From: Escherichia phage a20
Strand: one strand, 5' to 3'
DNA length: 64,000 nt
Sequence record: OQ067374.1
Each line of letters starts with the position of its first letter. Within the stretch, counting starts at the first letter, position 1. The notes below the pieces were generated by a model. That model was not told where the DNA came from. It saw nothing but the letters and a program-made list of their open reading frames with translations, and made no database searches. This document shows positions 22,096 to 32,796 of this stretch, in pieces. The translations under genes were made by a program, and so were the position numbers.

Positions 22096-23864
22096 AACCT
22101 GAAGAAATGAAATCCATGCGTAGAAATAAGGTCATTGCCGATAATAAACCACAAAAAGTAGCTGCAACAGCAGCTACCGATTCATTAGAAGCATTGAATG
22201 ACATTTCATCAAAACTAGACGATGTCCAAGCCGCGTCTGAACTCACATCACAAAGTGTAGAAGATAAAGGCAATGGAATTATTGAATCAATTGGAGACTT
22301 AAAGAATTCGACAGATAATACTGCTGAAGGCACAGAGCTTATCGCAGAAGTTATTGAAAAACAAACTGAAGTCACTAAAAGTATAAACGAAGTTTCTAGT
22401 GCAATAAGCTCTAAGTTAGACCGATTAGCTACATTATTAGAGCAAAAATTACAAACATCTACCGCTATTCAAAATACAGGAGGCACCTCTCTTGAAGTAA
22501 TTGAGAACGCAATACCTGTTAAAGTGGTTGAGAATGAAACTTCTGATGAGTTGTTTAAAGCATTCCCTACACCTGAAAAGATTGATAATAAGCCAGACGA
22601 AGATTTCTTCCCGGCTCCGGTTCAAGAAAGTGCTAATTCTACTTCCGATTCTAAAGGTGGAATTAGCTTTAAATTGAGCGATAAAATTGCAATGCTCACC
22701 AAAACAGTTCAAACCGGGTTTAATAAATCAATATCAATTTCAGACAGAATTGCTGGAATGCTTTTCAAATACACTATAACGGCTGCTATTGAAGCAGCAA
22801 AAATGGCCGCACTTATTCTTGGTATTGTTATCGGTATTGATTTATTGATAGTCCATTTCAAATATTGGACAGACAAGTTCACTTCTGCCTGGGATTTATT
22901 TGATGAAAACTTTACTAAATTCTCCGATGAAGCTAAAGAGTGGGGTAAATTCTTAAGTGATATATTCACTTCTATTGACTCTATAAAACAATTGTGGGAA
23001 GCTGGAGACTGGGGTGGTTTAACCGTTGCTATTGTCAAAGGTGTAGGAACAGCATTAATGAACTTAGGTGAACTAATTCAATTAGGAATGGCTAAACTCT
23101 CCGCGTCTATATTGCGTGCTATAGGTTTTGGTGATACCGCGGACGAAATAGAAGGACGTGCTTTGGAAGGATTCCAAGAAACTACTGGGAACAAATTAAA
23201 GAAAGAAGACCAAGAGAAAGTCGCTAAATATCAAATGAAGCGTGACGACGGGGAATTAGGAACCGTTTCTAAAGGTCTTGATATGTTACAACGCGGCAAA
23301 ACATTCGTTACTAACTGGGTTCGTGGTAATGACAATAAAGAAGAGTTTAGTACAAGCGATGAGCGTGCTGCGGAATCGGCAAAATTAAAAGAGTTACCTG
23401 AAGAGGAGCGTAAAGAGGCATATATAAAAGCTAATGAAACTCGTGCGGCACTGGTTAGATTTGAGGATTATATCGATAAAATCGATATGACTAATCCGGA
23501 AAATGCTAAAAACGTTGAGAAGTCTTATGCCGATTTAAGTAAACTTATTAAAGACCCTGAACTTAATAAAACTCCTGTTGTTAAAAAGGAATTAGATGCT
23601 AGATTTGAAAAGCTAAATAATAAAATGGCTGAAGCCAAAAAGGCTCAGACAACAGTTAAGCCTGAATCTTCGTCTAAATCTCCGGAAGCAAAACAAGTTC
23701 AGTCAATAGAGAAAGGACGTGCTTCTGAATCTAAACAACAGCAACCGGTAGCGGCGATTAGTAACACAAATAATGTCGTCAAAAAGAATACCGTAGTCCA
23801 GAATATGACCCCTGTAACAAGTACAACGGCTCCTGGAATTTTCCATGCCACCGGTGTTAATTAA
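22092..23864 (+). CDS. 29: baseplate hub / tail length determinator gp29
   Basis: 590 aa, same length as T4 gp29. Confidence 0.93.
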   Translation: MKPEEMKSMRRNKVIADNKPQKVAATAATDSLEALNDISSKLDDVQAASELTSQSVEDKGNGIIESIGDLKNSTDNTAEGTELIAEVIEKQTEVTKSINEVSSAISSKLDRLATLLEQKLQTSTAIQNTGGTSLEVIENAIPVKVVENETSDELFKAFPTPEKIDNKPDEDFFPAPVQESANSTSDSKGGISFKLSDKIAMLTKTVQTGFNKSISISDRIAGMLFKYTITAAIEAAKMAALILGIVIGIDLLIVHFKYWTDKFTSAWDLFDENFTKFSDEAKEWGKFLSDIFTSIDSIKQLWEAGDWGGLTVAIVKGVGTALMNLGELIQLGMAKLSASILRAIGFGDTADEIEGRALEGFQETTGNKLKKEDQEKVAKYQMKRDDGELGTVSKGLDMLQRGKTFVTNWVRGNDNKEEFSTSDERAAESAKLKELPEEERKEAYIKANETRAALVRFEDYIDKIDMTNPENAKNVEKSYADLSKLIKDPELNKTPVVKKELDARFEKLNNKMAEAKKAQTTVKPESSSKSPEAKQVQSIEKGRASESKQQQPVAAISNTNNVVKKNTVVQNMTPVTSTTAPGIFHATGVN

Positions 23865-23872
23865 GGATTATT

Positions 23873-24982
23873 ATGATTAGTGTAAAAGAAATAGTAGTAG
23901 ATGCAAAGGATTTAAATAAAGCAATCCCAGTCTCAGAAAGTGCTGGGCAAAGCACTAAAACCGAAACAACTACTAAAACTTATGTTGCTCAATTTCCTAC
24001 AGGAAGAGCAGCCGGAAATGACTCCACAGGAGACTTCCAGGTAACAGACCTTTATAAGAATGGATTATTATTTACCGCGTACAATATGTCTGCACGCGAT
24101 TCAGGATCCCTCAGGAATTTACGTCCGGCATACGCCGGGACTTCATCTAATGGTATCATATCAGATTTAACTGATAATGTGAAAGATGCGGTGACTAAAT
24201 TCTCAAACGGATTGCTTCCTGCCGGAGCTAATAAATCTACTATAAATAAAACTCCTGTTGCCAATATCCTTTTGCCACGTTCCAAATCTGACGTTGATAC
24301 AACTTCACATCGTTTTAATGATATCGGTGATAGCCTTATTACTAAAGGTGGAGGTACTGCTACGGGTGTTTTAAGTAACATTGCTTCTACTGCAGTTTTT
24401 GGTGCATTAGATTCTATTACTCAAGGGCTTATGGCTGATAATAACGAACAGATTTATACGACTTCTCGTAGTATGTATGGCGGTGCTGAGAACCGTACTA
24501 AAGTCTTTACATGGGATTTAACTCCACGTTCAACTGAAGACCTTATGGCTATTATAAACATTTACCAGTATTTTAACTATTTCTCATATGGTGAGACCGG
24601 TAAATCACAGTACGCCCAAGAGATTAAAAGTTATTTAGACGAATGGTACCGTTCAACGTTTATTGAGCCTATGACGCCAGATGATGCAGTAAAAAATAAG
24701 ACATTGTTTGAAAAGATTACTGCGTCATTAACAAATGTATTAGTTGTAAGCAACCCTACAATTTGGATGGTTAAAAACTTTGGTTATACGTCTAAATTTG
24801 ATGGATTAACTGACGTATTTGGTCCATGCCAAATTCAAAGCGTACGTTTTGATAAAACTCCAAATGGACAATTTAATGGTCTTGCTGTTGCTCCTAACTT
24901 ACCATCAACATTTACGTTAGAGATAACAATGCGAGAAATTATTACATTAAACCGTTCTTCACTTTATGCGGGGACTTTCTAA
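23873..24982 (+). CDS. 48: baseplate tail tube cap gp48
   Basis: 369 aa; synteny. Confidence 0.92.
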   Translation: MISVKEIVVDAKDLNKAIPVSESAGQSTKTETTTKTYVAQFPTGRAAGNDSTGDFQVTDLYKNGLLFTAYNMSARDSGSLRNLRPAYAGTSSNGIISDLTDNVKDAVTKFSNGLLPAGANKSTINKTPVANILLPRSKSDVDTTSHRFNDIGDSLITKGGGTATGVLSNIASTAVFGALDSITQGLMADNNEQIYTTSRSMYGGAENRTKVFTWDLTPRSTEDLMAIINIYQYFNYFSYGETGKSQYAQEIKSYLDEWYRSTFIEPMTPDDAVKNKTLFEKITASLTNVLVVSNPTIWMVKNFGYTSKFDGLTDVFGPCQIQSVRFDKTPNGQFNGLAVAPNLPSTFTLEITMREIITLNRSSLYAGTF

Positions 24983-25944
24983 TGTACTCTTTAGAAGAAT
25001 TTAATAACCAAGCTATAAATGCAGATTTCCAACGAAACAATATGTTTAGTTGTGTATTTGCTACTACACCATCAACCAAATCGTCTTCACTAATTTCGTC
25101 AATTGGTAGTTTTGCTTATAATAACTTAGGGTTGGATTCAGATTGGCTAGGATTGTCTCAAGGTGATATCAATCAGGGCGTAACAACCCTGATTACAGCA
25201 GGAACACAGAAATTAATTCGAAAATCAGGTATAAGTAAATATCTGATTGGAGCAATGAGTCAACGTACGGTACAAAGCTTGTTAGGTGAGTTCACGGTAG
25301 GAGCTTATCTGATAGACTTCTTCAATATGGCATATAATAATACAGGTTTAATGATTTATTCTGTAAAAATGCCTGAGAACCGATTATCGTATGAAACGGA
25401 TTTCAACTATAACTCCCCGAACATCCGAATTACCGGTCGTGAAATGGACCCGTTAGTAATAAGCTTTAGAATGGATTCCGAAGCATCTAACTTTAGAGCA
25501 ATGCAAGACTGGGTAAACTCAGTCCAAGACCCTGTAACAGGTCTTCGTGCTTTACCACAAGACGTCGAAGCAGATATTCAGGTTAATTTACATGCACGAA
25601 ATGGTTTACCACATACCGCTGTCATGTTCACCGGATGTATTCCTGTTAGTGTCTCTTCTCCTGAGTTAACATATGATGGTGATAATCAGATAACAGTTTT
25701 TGATGTAACATTTGCTTATCGCGTTATGCAATCAGGTGCTGTAAATAGACAGGCTGCTTTAGAATGGTTGGAATCAGGACTTATTAGTAGTGTTTCAGGA
25801 ATGTTTGGAAATAATCAGAATGATTCTGGACTAGGAAGTGCAGTATCAAGACTTTCTAGATTAGGTGGGACTGCTGGTGGTGTGTCTAATATAAACACAT
25901 TAACAGGTGTGGTGAATTCTGCATCAAGAGTTTTAGGACTATAA
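24982..25944 (+). CDS. 54: baseplate tail tube initiator gp54
   Basis: 320 aa, same length as T4 gp54; followed by terminator hairpin. Confidence 0.92.
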   Translation: MYSLEEFNNQAINADFQRNNMFSCVFATTPSTKSSSLISSIGSFAYNNLGLDSDWLGLSQGDINQGVTTLITAGTQKLIRKSGISKYLIGAMSQRTVQSLLGEFTVGAYLIDFFNMAYNNTGLMIYSVKMPENRLSYETDFNYNSPNIRITGREMDPLVISFRMDSEASNFRAMQDWVNSVQDPVTGLRALPQDVEADIQVNLHARNGLPHTAVMFTGCIPVSVSSPELTYDGDNQITVFDVTFAYRVMQSGAVNRQAALEWLESGLISSVSGMFGNNQNDSGLGSAVSRLSRLGGTAGGVSNINTLTGVVNSASRVLGL

Positions 25945-25950
25945 GAAAAA

Positions 25951-25975
25951 GGGAGACGTTGTCTCCCTTTAGGGG
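25951..25975 (+). terminator. terminator after gene 54
   Basis: Hairpin GGGAGAC-GTT-GTCTCCC followed by a T-rich tract. Confidence 0.75.
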
Positions 25976-25976
25976 T

Positions 25977-26267
25977 TTATTTACGGAATGAAAGGAATGC
26001 TGGTGCTCGGAATGGAGTATCATCTTTAGAGTATTTAACTAATACGACCATTGGTACCTCTGTTTCTAAATGACCTGTCACTACACCGATAAAAATTTGA
26101 TCAGTGTGCTCAGGGTCACGAAAGTTTTTAAGAGGTTCCATAGCAATATGGAATGCACCTGGGAATACTCGATTCAATTCGTCAATCACAGCTTCGTTAA
26201 AAGCATCATCCGCTGGGATAGCATCTTCAACTACTAGTTCTTGACCATTAAAGCGAAGCATAGATTT
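25977..26267 (-). CDS. hypothetical early protein (alt.-1-like)
   Basis: 97 aa from internal Met MKSMLRFNGQ with SD GAGGA; early promoter at 26300-26329. Confidence 0.55.
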   Translation of the reverse strand, partial: KSMLRFNGQELVVEDAIPADDAFNEAVIDELNRVFPGAFHIAMEPLKNFRDPEHTDQIFIGVVTGHLETEVPMVVLVKYSKDDTPFRAPAFLSFRK

Positions 26268-26299
26268 CATAACGTTTTCCTCATGTTGTTGATGGGATG

Positions 26300-26329
26300 A
26301 TAGTATCACACATCCATGTGTTTGTAAAC
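26300..26329 (-). promoter_or_regulatory. early-type promoter inside the alt 3' end, for the downstream alt.-1-like gene
   Basis: Minus-strand GTTTAC, 18 nt, TACTAT. Confidence 0.5.
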
Positions 26330-28416
26330 TATCCTTGGACAAATTTAAACGGAACTGATTCTAAATCCATTAAAGATGCTAACAATTTCAATCCTTTAGG
26401 AGCACTAGTTTTTTCTACAAATGAAGAGAATGATACCGGCTCATCCGATTCAATTTCACCCGTCATAGCAACCACCTCGCCTGTTTCCATAAGAACATCA
26501 CCATCGTAAATGACAGCTTCGTCCAACTGGTCCGAGGACATGACTTCAGCTTGAATAAATTTAAGGTTGGATTCTAAACCTGCACCAGTGTCAGATGACG
26601 CATCTGTAATTTTATTTATCTGCAAGAGAATGCCTCTAGGCAAAATAATTTCTTGCTCATTAGGGTGATTACTCAACTGTCCTGGATAAATCACGTTAAC
26701 TTTATGGGCGCCATCAATAGCCCATCCAACGTTAACACGGATTTGTTCTGGCGCATGCATAGCTGTTCTTACTTGACTAGGAGAAATAGTAACACCTTCG
26801 TCATTATTGTCAATGTTAAGCTCTTTGCGAACTTCTTCAGGAGCAAGTCCAAGGGCAACGTTCTCTTTAAACCCACCGAAAATAATAGGAGCTAGTGAAG
26901 TGGAAACATAGTTTCTGAAGTAGAATACCTTATTTTTAACCATTGCTTCGTAAATAGGCATTCTGATAGACTGAGCTCTATATAACGTTAGTCCTTCAGG
27001 TAAACGGTCTCCATTTAAAAACGCCGAATCAAGACCATCAATAGCGCGTTTAACTTCATCTTCATCTGCAACATCGTAAAAATCTGGTTTATAACGACCT
27101 AACAACATATTATTGATATCGGTATACGCAGAAGAGGCATATTCACGAATAGCTCGTTTTTCAGCAACAGAGTATTGTTTAGGGTCCCGATTCATTGTTA
27201 TATTAAAGGTGCCTCTAGCCGATTCTCGTGCATAAGTATACATCACATTAGACAAGAATGCTGATTTACGTTGTTTCCAAGTTTTTTCAGATACTTCAGC
27301 TAAAACATCGTCGGCCAGTTGGAAATTATCACGTCTAAAATCTTCAAACCATTCGTCTTTAATAGAGTCCGCAATTTCGTTTGCAGCTTCAACAAAAGCA
27401 GCTAATGCTTTAACAGATGTTGTTTTTTCAGTTTTAATTTTCTTAGCAAACTTTTCTAAAGTTGGCTTAATAACACTACCATAAGAAACTTCATCAGCAA
27501 ATCTAAAGGATTCATCAATACGATTATAAATCTTATTTTCGATATCAGCAACTAAAGTGCCTTTTGCTGTGGATGATGCTTGGGCTAGTACGATTTCATA
27601 TGCTTCAGGAAGTAATTCGGCTGTAGCCGGGCCACTAACTTCTTTAGCAGAATTTTCGTATTTCTGGAATAACTCACCTTCTTGGCGGTCAGCTTCTAAA
27701 GATTGGCTTGCGGCAATAGCACGACGAGAAATTTTAGTACGAGCAATAACAGGCTTATCTTTACGTTTTTCTTCTACAGCAGCAATAGAACCAGCGATAG
27801 CCGTTTCTTTGGTGACTTTTTCGCCGGTCTTTTTACTCACATAAACTTCGCCAACATCAGAATCTACTTTCGTGTACAACTCTGTGTTAATGTTAGGGAT
27901 GCCTTTAATATCTTCAATGTTGGCATTTTTACGAACCATCATCACATAGGTGTGTTTACCTGTGAATTGATACATTGCCGACAATACTTTAAAACGACCA
28001 CCGGTTTTAGTAGAAACTAAACGAGCAAGAAGAGTTTGAAGCTGTTGTCCACGTCCTTTCAATTTCTTGGTAGGGAATCGGAACAGAACTGCATCCATAC
28101 GAAGAGCTTTAACTTGTTCATATACTGTATTGAAAATGGTGTTGATTGCATCAATAGGAGCAGGACCAAGGCCATTTTTCAATTCAGCGAGATTACCCTT
28201 TTCAGACAGACTCATAATAACAACATGAGCGTATTTGTCGCCAAGTTTAACTTGTTTTACAGCGTCGCCTTCGGAAAGGTAAGAGAATAAACGAACTACA
28301 ATATTTGTATCGATATCACCAATTTTCCAGACTTGTGGAACTTTAGCTTTAGGGTTCAAATTGACGACAGGAAGACTGCCTTCAGATTCAAACACTTCAT
28401 TTAATTGTTCAGACAT
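26329..28416 (-). CDS. alt: Alt, virion-packaged ADP-ribosyltransferase
   Basis: 695 aa; C-terminal segments LPRGILLQINKITDAS and ending FKFVQG match T4 Alt. Confidence 0.93.
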   Translation of the reverse strand: MSEQLNEVFESEGSLPVVNLNPKAKVPQVWKIGDIDTNIVVRLFSYLSEGDAVKQVKLGDKYAHVVIMSLSEKGNLAELKNGLGPAPIDAINTIFNTVYEQVKALRMDAVLFRFPTKKLKGRGQQLQTLLARLVSTKTGGRFKVLSAMYQFTGKHTYVMMVRKNANIEDIKGIPNINTELYTKVDSDVGEVYVSKKTGEKVTKETAIAGSIAAVEEKRKDKPVIARTKISRRAIAASQSLEADRQEGELFQKYENSAKEVSGPATAELLPEAYEIVLAQASSTAKGTLVADIENKIYNRIDESFRFADEVSYGSVIKPTLEKFAKKIKTEKTTSVKALAAFVEAANEIADSIKDEWFEDFRRDNFQLADDVLAEVSEKTWKQRKSAFLSNVMYTYARESARGTFNITMNRDPKQYSVAEKRAIREYASSAYTDINNMLLGRYKPDFYDVADEDEVKRAIDGLDSAFLNGDRLPEGLTLYRAQSIRMPIYEAMVKNKVFYFRNYVSTSLAPIIFGGFKENVALGLAPEEVRKELNIDNNDEGVTISPSQVRTAMHAPEQIRVNVGWAIDGAHKVNVIYPGQLSNHPNEQEIILPRGILLQINKITDASSDTGAGLESNLKFIQAEVMSSDQLDEAVIYDGDVLMETGEVVAMTGEIESDEPVSFSSFVEKTSAPKGLKLLASLMDLESVPFKFVQG

Positions 28417-28471
28417 AGTGTTTTCCTTTTAGTAATAATTTATATTTATGCCAAAAAGAGCCCGAAGGCTC

Positions 28472-28660
28472 TTAATCCACAATCGGAAGCAAAGTACGAT
28501 AAACTTCAAAATTAGAGCCTTTTTCGTACTTATCGAAATTGTCCATAAAAATATGATAGGAATCGTTATTAGGAAAATCTAATATAATCTGAGAGCAAGA
28601 GGTGGAAACATCTCCACCGTCTTTATTAGCGACAACTACTGTTTCTAAATAAGCTTTCAT
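28472..28660 (-). CDS. hypothetical small protein
   Basis: 62 aa from MKAYLETVVV; its ATG overlaps the ligase stop (TAATG). Confidence 0.45.
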   Translation of the reverse strand: MKAYLETVVVANKDGGDVSTSCSQIILDFPNNDSYHIFMDNFDKYEKGSNFEVYRTLLPIVD

Positions 28661-30153
28661 TATAAACCTGTCTGGGACCACGGTCCAAATACGTCTTCAA
28701 ACGAATCCGCTTCTGTTTTATCAAAACGGAACCCTTTAATAATTGGGAGGAAAATACCTACAGTGCCTTCACGTCCTTTAGAATGAACCCAACCATTGCA
28801 TTCACAATCAGCAATACGTCCAATCAATTTACCTTCACGAGCTTCGGTCATTAATCGTTCACGGTCCAAATCATGTCGCTCATCTAAAGGAATAAGAACC
28901 TTTACACCATCAACTGTTTTATGAGTTGTATCTTTAAACCCTGAACCACAATCGGTTGTAATACGACGACAACGTGATACGAGTTCGACACCACCTAATT
29001 TGTTAGGGTCTTTAGAGTGTTCATAGTATCCTACAACTTCTAAAGCGATATCAATAACTTCTTTAAATTTAATTAGGTTCTTAGAACGTTTGTTTTCCCA
29101 ATATGAATCACGGTTTTTAAGGATAATACCTTCAAGACCTTGGTCAACATATTTTTTATAAACCACTTTAGCTTCGTCAAGATTACGAACTAACTGATTT
29201 TCAATTGGCTCAATTCGTTTAAAGCCTTCAGCCATATTTTCAAGAGCAGCAAAACGAACATCGTATTTCTGACCTTTAATTTTGCCATCAGAATAGACTT
29301 CATCTAAAGGAACATAGTCCCAGGCTTGAAGAACCATACCTTCAGCTTCTTTAGGAGAAATAGTCCCTTGAAGAGATTTATTTGCTAAACCGTTTGAAGT
29401 GCTACGGTCCGCAACTTGTACTTCTTCGGATTCTTCATTATCACCAAATAAGAACGACAGGTCATTTCCTGAGCTCACAGCCTTTTTAATATCAAATGAA
29501 TGGTAAACTAATTCACCGTCGATTAAAACCCCATTAGGGTGTCTTTCACGAGCTTCTTTAGTCATTTCCATTAGTTCATCCGCTAATAGAGTAAGACCAT
29601 GATATTCGTTGCCGGCACGAGAAAAGAATTGAACACCATCATCGCGAACTTCAGCGAAACAACGAGCACCATCTGCTTTTAATTGGGCAAATGCGGGCCA
29701 TTTAATATTTTTAGTAATCAATTTCTCATCATATGCAGATGCTAACATCTGTGGTTGCAATTGAATAAGTCCAGGCCACACCTTATTCGCGATAGACACT
29801 GAAGCACCTACTTCAAGGTCGCGCATCATTACACGACGAAGGACTTCTACATCATCAGGTTTACCGTCAGCGATATAACCCATGAGCTCTTTAATTGCAG
29901 CATTACCAGTGAGTTTACGAGTGGCTAATGTGAACTCAATAAAATCCAACATGTCATCTAATTCAAGAAGACCATACGCTTGAGACCTTTCACCTGGTCC
30001 TGGCCATTTCTTAATATAATACTGGATACCACGTGCATATGTTAAACGATACACACGTTCAAGTAATTTGTTGTCCTTATTTTTCTTAAGGATTTCCTGT
30101 TTTGTTTTAGTAGAACCGATCGCAGCTATTTGGTTTAAAATATCTAAAATCAT
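28660..30153 (-). CDS. 30: ATP-dependent DNA ligase gp30
   Basis: 497 aa; begins MILDILNQIAAIGSTKTKQEIL; KADGAR adenylation motif. Confidence 0.97.
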   Translation of the reverse strand: MILDILNQIAAIGSTKTKQEILKKNKDNKLLERVYRLTYARGIQYYIKKWPGPGERSQAYGLLELDDMLDFIEFTLATRKLTGNAAIKELMGYIADGKPDDVEVLRRVMMRDLEVGASVSIANKVWPGLIQLQPQMLASAYDEKLITKNIKWPAFAQLKADGARCFAEVRDDGVQFFSRAGNEYHGLTLLADELMEMTKEARERHPNGVLIDGELVYHSFDIKKAVSSGNDLSFLFGDNEESEEVQVADRSTSNGLANKSLQGTISPKEAEGMVLQAWDYVPLDEVYSDGKIKGQKYDVRFAALENMAEGFKRIEPIENQLVRNLDEAKVVYKKYVDQGLEGIILKNRDSYWENKRSKNLIKFKEVIDIALEVVGYYEHSKDPNKLGGVELVSRCRRITTDCGSGFKDTTHKTVDGVKVLIPLDERHDLDRERLMTEAREGKLIGRIADCECNGWVHSKGREGTVGIFLPIIKGFRFDKTEADSFEDVFGPWSQTGL

Positions 30154-30419
30154 TTGATGTCCTCGATTTTGGTTACGGTTCTATTATAAGCCACTTCATC
30201 TAGAAGCGATTTCAGCGTTTTCTGATAAGTTGTAATCCATTTACCGAGTCCTTCAACATAGTATTCTGAAATGTAGATGAACCCTTGTTCAACACACTCT
30301 TTAAATATTTCTGCGTCTTTTACTGAACGAAACAATGGCCAGTCTCGAAAGAACATGTTAACGTGACCGTAGTCACGTGTGGTATTTTTGCCATCTGTAA
30401 TATCATGAACTACAAACAT
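30150..30419 (-). CDS. hypothetical protein (30.1-like)
   Basis: 89-aa ORF downstream of ligase. Confidence 0.6.
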   Translation of the reverse strand: MFVVHDITDGKNTTRDYGHVNMFFRDWPLFRSVKDAEIFKECVEQGFIYISEYYVEGLGKWITTYQKTLKSLLDEVAYNRTVTKIEDIK

Positions 30420-30428
30420 AATTAACCC

Positions 30429-31253
30429 TTAACAATTTATAGACCAAGTCCATTTAGACGAATCTAAAGGAAAGTTTTGAATCGTCCACCACGGCTGCAT
30501 ATCAGTTGGTCCTGGGGTTCGCCAGGTATATGGAGTACGTGTTGTCGAGGGGCCACCAATTTGATTAGGCCATGCACCTGGACTTGTTGCACCAGATTCT
30601 TTAAGCAAATCCGCCAATCGTTTTAAAAGGTCTTCACGATCTGAATCTGAATTATTCTTAGGCAGAACCAAACGAGATTCAATATCATCCCACGTGTGTA
30701 CACGTTGTGCAGTACGAGGAATGGCATCACGTTCACCACGAGCCAACCAATAAATCGGTACATTAAGAATTTCTGCCGCATGGTCACAATGATGAGCTAA
30801 ATCGTCAACGTAACAAATTACGTTATATTTTGTTTTAGCTAGTTCGAATAATTGTTCCTTTGAAGAATCATGACCACACATCATTACTTCAGAGAAAGCG
30901 CCTGGGAACAAAGCATTCAAATTAAATTGTCTATTCAATCGAGCATCAATTGAATCACCTAGCGCCGTCACGGCTACAAAATTATAGTCTTCTTTTAGTT
31001 TATTGATAACTCGAAGAGCATCAGAATAAGGCGCTAAGTAACGAATAAAATCAGAGCTATTATATTTTTCTATTAATTGTTTACCAAGGTTATCGTCGGT
31101 ATTGAACAGTTTACCAGGAGAAATAAATTTTTCGTCCTGAATCATTTTTAAAATATGTTCTAATGGAAGGTTATATTTTTGGGCAAAATAAGGAAGTCCA
31201 GATTGCCAGCTTAAACATACACCATCAATATCAGTCAAAATAGTAGGCTTCAT
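30429..31253 (-). CDS. HAD-like hydrolase (30.2-like)
   Basis: 274 aa; N-terminal ILTDIDGV resembles HAD motif I (DxDG). Confidence 0.65.
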   Translation of the reverse strand: MKPTILTDIDGVCLSWQSGLPYFAQKYNLPLEHILKMIQDEKFISPGKLFNTDDNLGKQLIEKYNSSDFIRYLAPYSDALRVINKLKEDYNFVAVTALGDSIDARLNRQFNLNALFPGAFSEVMMCGHDSSKEQLFELAKTKYNVICYVDDLAHHCDHAAEILNVPIYWLARGERDAIPRTAQRVHTWDDIESRLVLPKNNSDSDREDLLKRLADLLKESGATSPGAWPNQIGGPSTTRTPYTWRTPGPTDMQPWWTIQNFPLDSSKWTWSINC

Positions 31254-31717
31254 AAAGAGTCTCTTAATAGGTTTAACACGTCAATAAATTCATCTTCAGT
31301 TAGTATTGTATCATCTTTTGTTAGGTGGCTGGCCATGCTGTGCTTCAAAATTTTTCCTTTAGAGGCTTGTAAGGCATCACGAAACCCCTTGTTTTGGATC
31401 GCGGCTTCAAAATATGCATTTGTGTATAATTCTTTCCACGCTTCGGAGTATCTTGAAAATGGAACTCCTAACCAGAAGAGAGTCCCACGGTCTTGAGCTC
31501 TTGCATAAGACCTTCCAGCTTGCTGTGCAGCCAATCCAGACAACCCAAATATACGTCTTTGTTGTTCAACATTTTTCACCTTACATCCTTGGAGAAATCC
31601 TTCAAGACCTCCGAATTGAATACCATCCATAACAAAAGGCCATTGAGCAAAGTTACTTAATGCACATGACGGCCACTTGAAATTACTTCTTATTTCTAAT
31701 TCAGACATCTTTAACAC
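31250..31717 (-). CDS. NADAR/YbiA-family protein (30.3-like)
   Basis: 155 aa; LSNFAQWP motif comparable to FSNFAAWP of E. coli YbiA. Confidence 0.65.
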   Translation of the reverse strand: MLKMSELEIRSNFKWPSCALSNFAQWPFVMDGIQFGGLEGFLQGCKVKNVEQQRRIFGLSGLAAQQAGRSYARAQDRGTLFWLGVPFSRYSEAWKELYTNAYFEAAIQNKGFRDALQASKGKILKHSMASHLTKDDTILTEDEFIDVLNLLRDSL

Positions 31718-31913
31718 TTATAATTTCAACATCAGCCCAATGACCGTAACTAGGCAGACGGTCTTCAATGGATAAACCACCGTCATTTTTAAGCATTTTA
31801 ATTGTCTTGATATAAGGTTCATCCTGTGGATGAATAGGCGAGCAGTCAGTCACACGATAAGTAACTTCGATCATTTCTGTACCAAACAATTTCTGGATTA
31901 ATTTATTCAACAT
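31701..31913 (-). CDS. hypothetical protein
   Basis: 70-aa ORF in early cluster. Confidence 0.5.
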   Translation of the reverse strand: MLNKLIQKLFGTEMIEVTYRVTDCSPIHPQDEPYIKTIKMLKNDGGLSIEDRLPSYGHWADVEIISVKDV

Positions 31914-32100
31914 GTTTCAACCCTTTAATAGGAGATAACTCTTTACCCATACGTATGTCAGAAGTCCCATCAACCCATTGAACAGCATACGCTTCATTGA
32001 TAATTCCAGCGGCGGTTTTAAATTCATGGAGAACTTTAAAAATCATCCCAGGGATTCCAACACCTTTTAATTGGACTGTTTGTGCTATTAAAAATTTCAT
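31903..32100 (-). CDS. hypothetical protein
   Basis: 65-aa ORF in early cluster. Confidence 0.5.
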   Translation of the reverse strand: MKFLIAQTVQLKGVGIPGMIFKVLHEFKTAAGIINEAYAVQWVDGTSDIRMGKELSPIKGLKHVE

Positions 32101-32154
32101 ATTTTTCCACTTACTAAAGAAATCATTATACTCTAATCCGTCCTTGGATGTACA

Positions 32155-32769
32155 CTACTTAATGAAATTAATTTCTACCGGATGAACAACAGGTTGAGCA
32201 GTGATATATTGAGTAATTGCTTTCATGACTAGAGCTTCAGAACCAGGATTTTTCTCAACGAATTCACGTGCTTGGTTATGAGCTTCAAGTTCACTTAGTA
32301 AACCACTTCGTTGGCATCCACGGTCTTGAGTACCCTGTTCAGATAAAAAGACGACGATGTATTTTTCATCGTCGTAGGGCTTAGCCAGTTGAGCAAATGT
32401 TCCTTTACTTCCAAAAGGAGAGTTATGTCGCCACATCACGCCGTGAGGAGTTTCAACCTTCGTATATTCGTGCGGTCCATTTTTCTTAGTTTCTTGATGT
32501 GGAACTTCATAGACCTTAGGGTTAGGACATTCAATAAAATGCTCATCTAAATCGGTCGAGAATATTAAAGTAAAACAATTACTGAATTTACCAACACCGG
32601 CCTGATAAATTTTACCTTCAGAAGTTCTAATTTCACAAACTGAGCCGGCATCAGTAACTTCTAAAACTTCAAAAGGCTCAATAAGGTCATATGAGAACAT
32701 GTTTTTAAGGCGTGGAGTAATATCCCCATTTTTAAAATTCATTTTATAAAAAGTATTAACTTTAAACAT
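32155..32769 (-). CDS. hypothetical protein, 204 aa
   Basis: Start taken at MFKVNTFYK with SD GAGGA; a UUCG hairpin sits immediately 5' of the SD. Confidence 0.6.
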   Translation of the reverse strand: MFKVNTFYKMNFKNGDITPRLKNMFSYDLIEPFEVLEVTDAGSVCEIRTSEGKIYQAGVGKFSNCFTLIFSTDLDEHFIECPNPKVYEVPHQETKKNGPHEYTKVETPHGVMWRHNSPFGSKGTFAQLAKPYDDEKYIVVFLSEQGTQDRGCQRSGLLSELEAHNQAREFVEKNPGSEALVMKAITQYITAQPVVHPVEINFIK

Positions 32770-32780
32770 AATTTCCTCAG

Positions 32781-32796
32781 TGGGAGCCGAAGCTCC
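32781..32796 (-). promoter_or_regulatory. UUCG-tetraloop hairpin at the 5' end of the 204-aa gene (RNA stability or processing element)
   Basis: Minus-strand GGGAGC-UUCG-GCUCCC immediately 5' of SD GAGGA and ATG; no U-tract. Confidence 0.45.
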
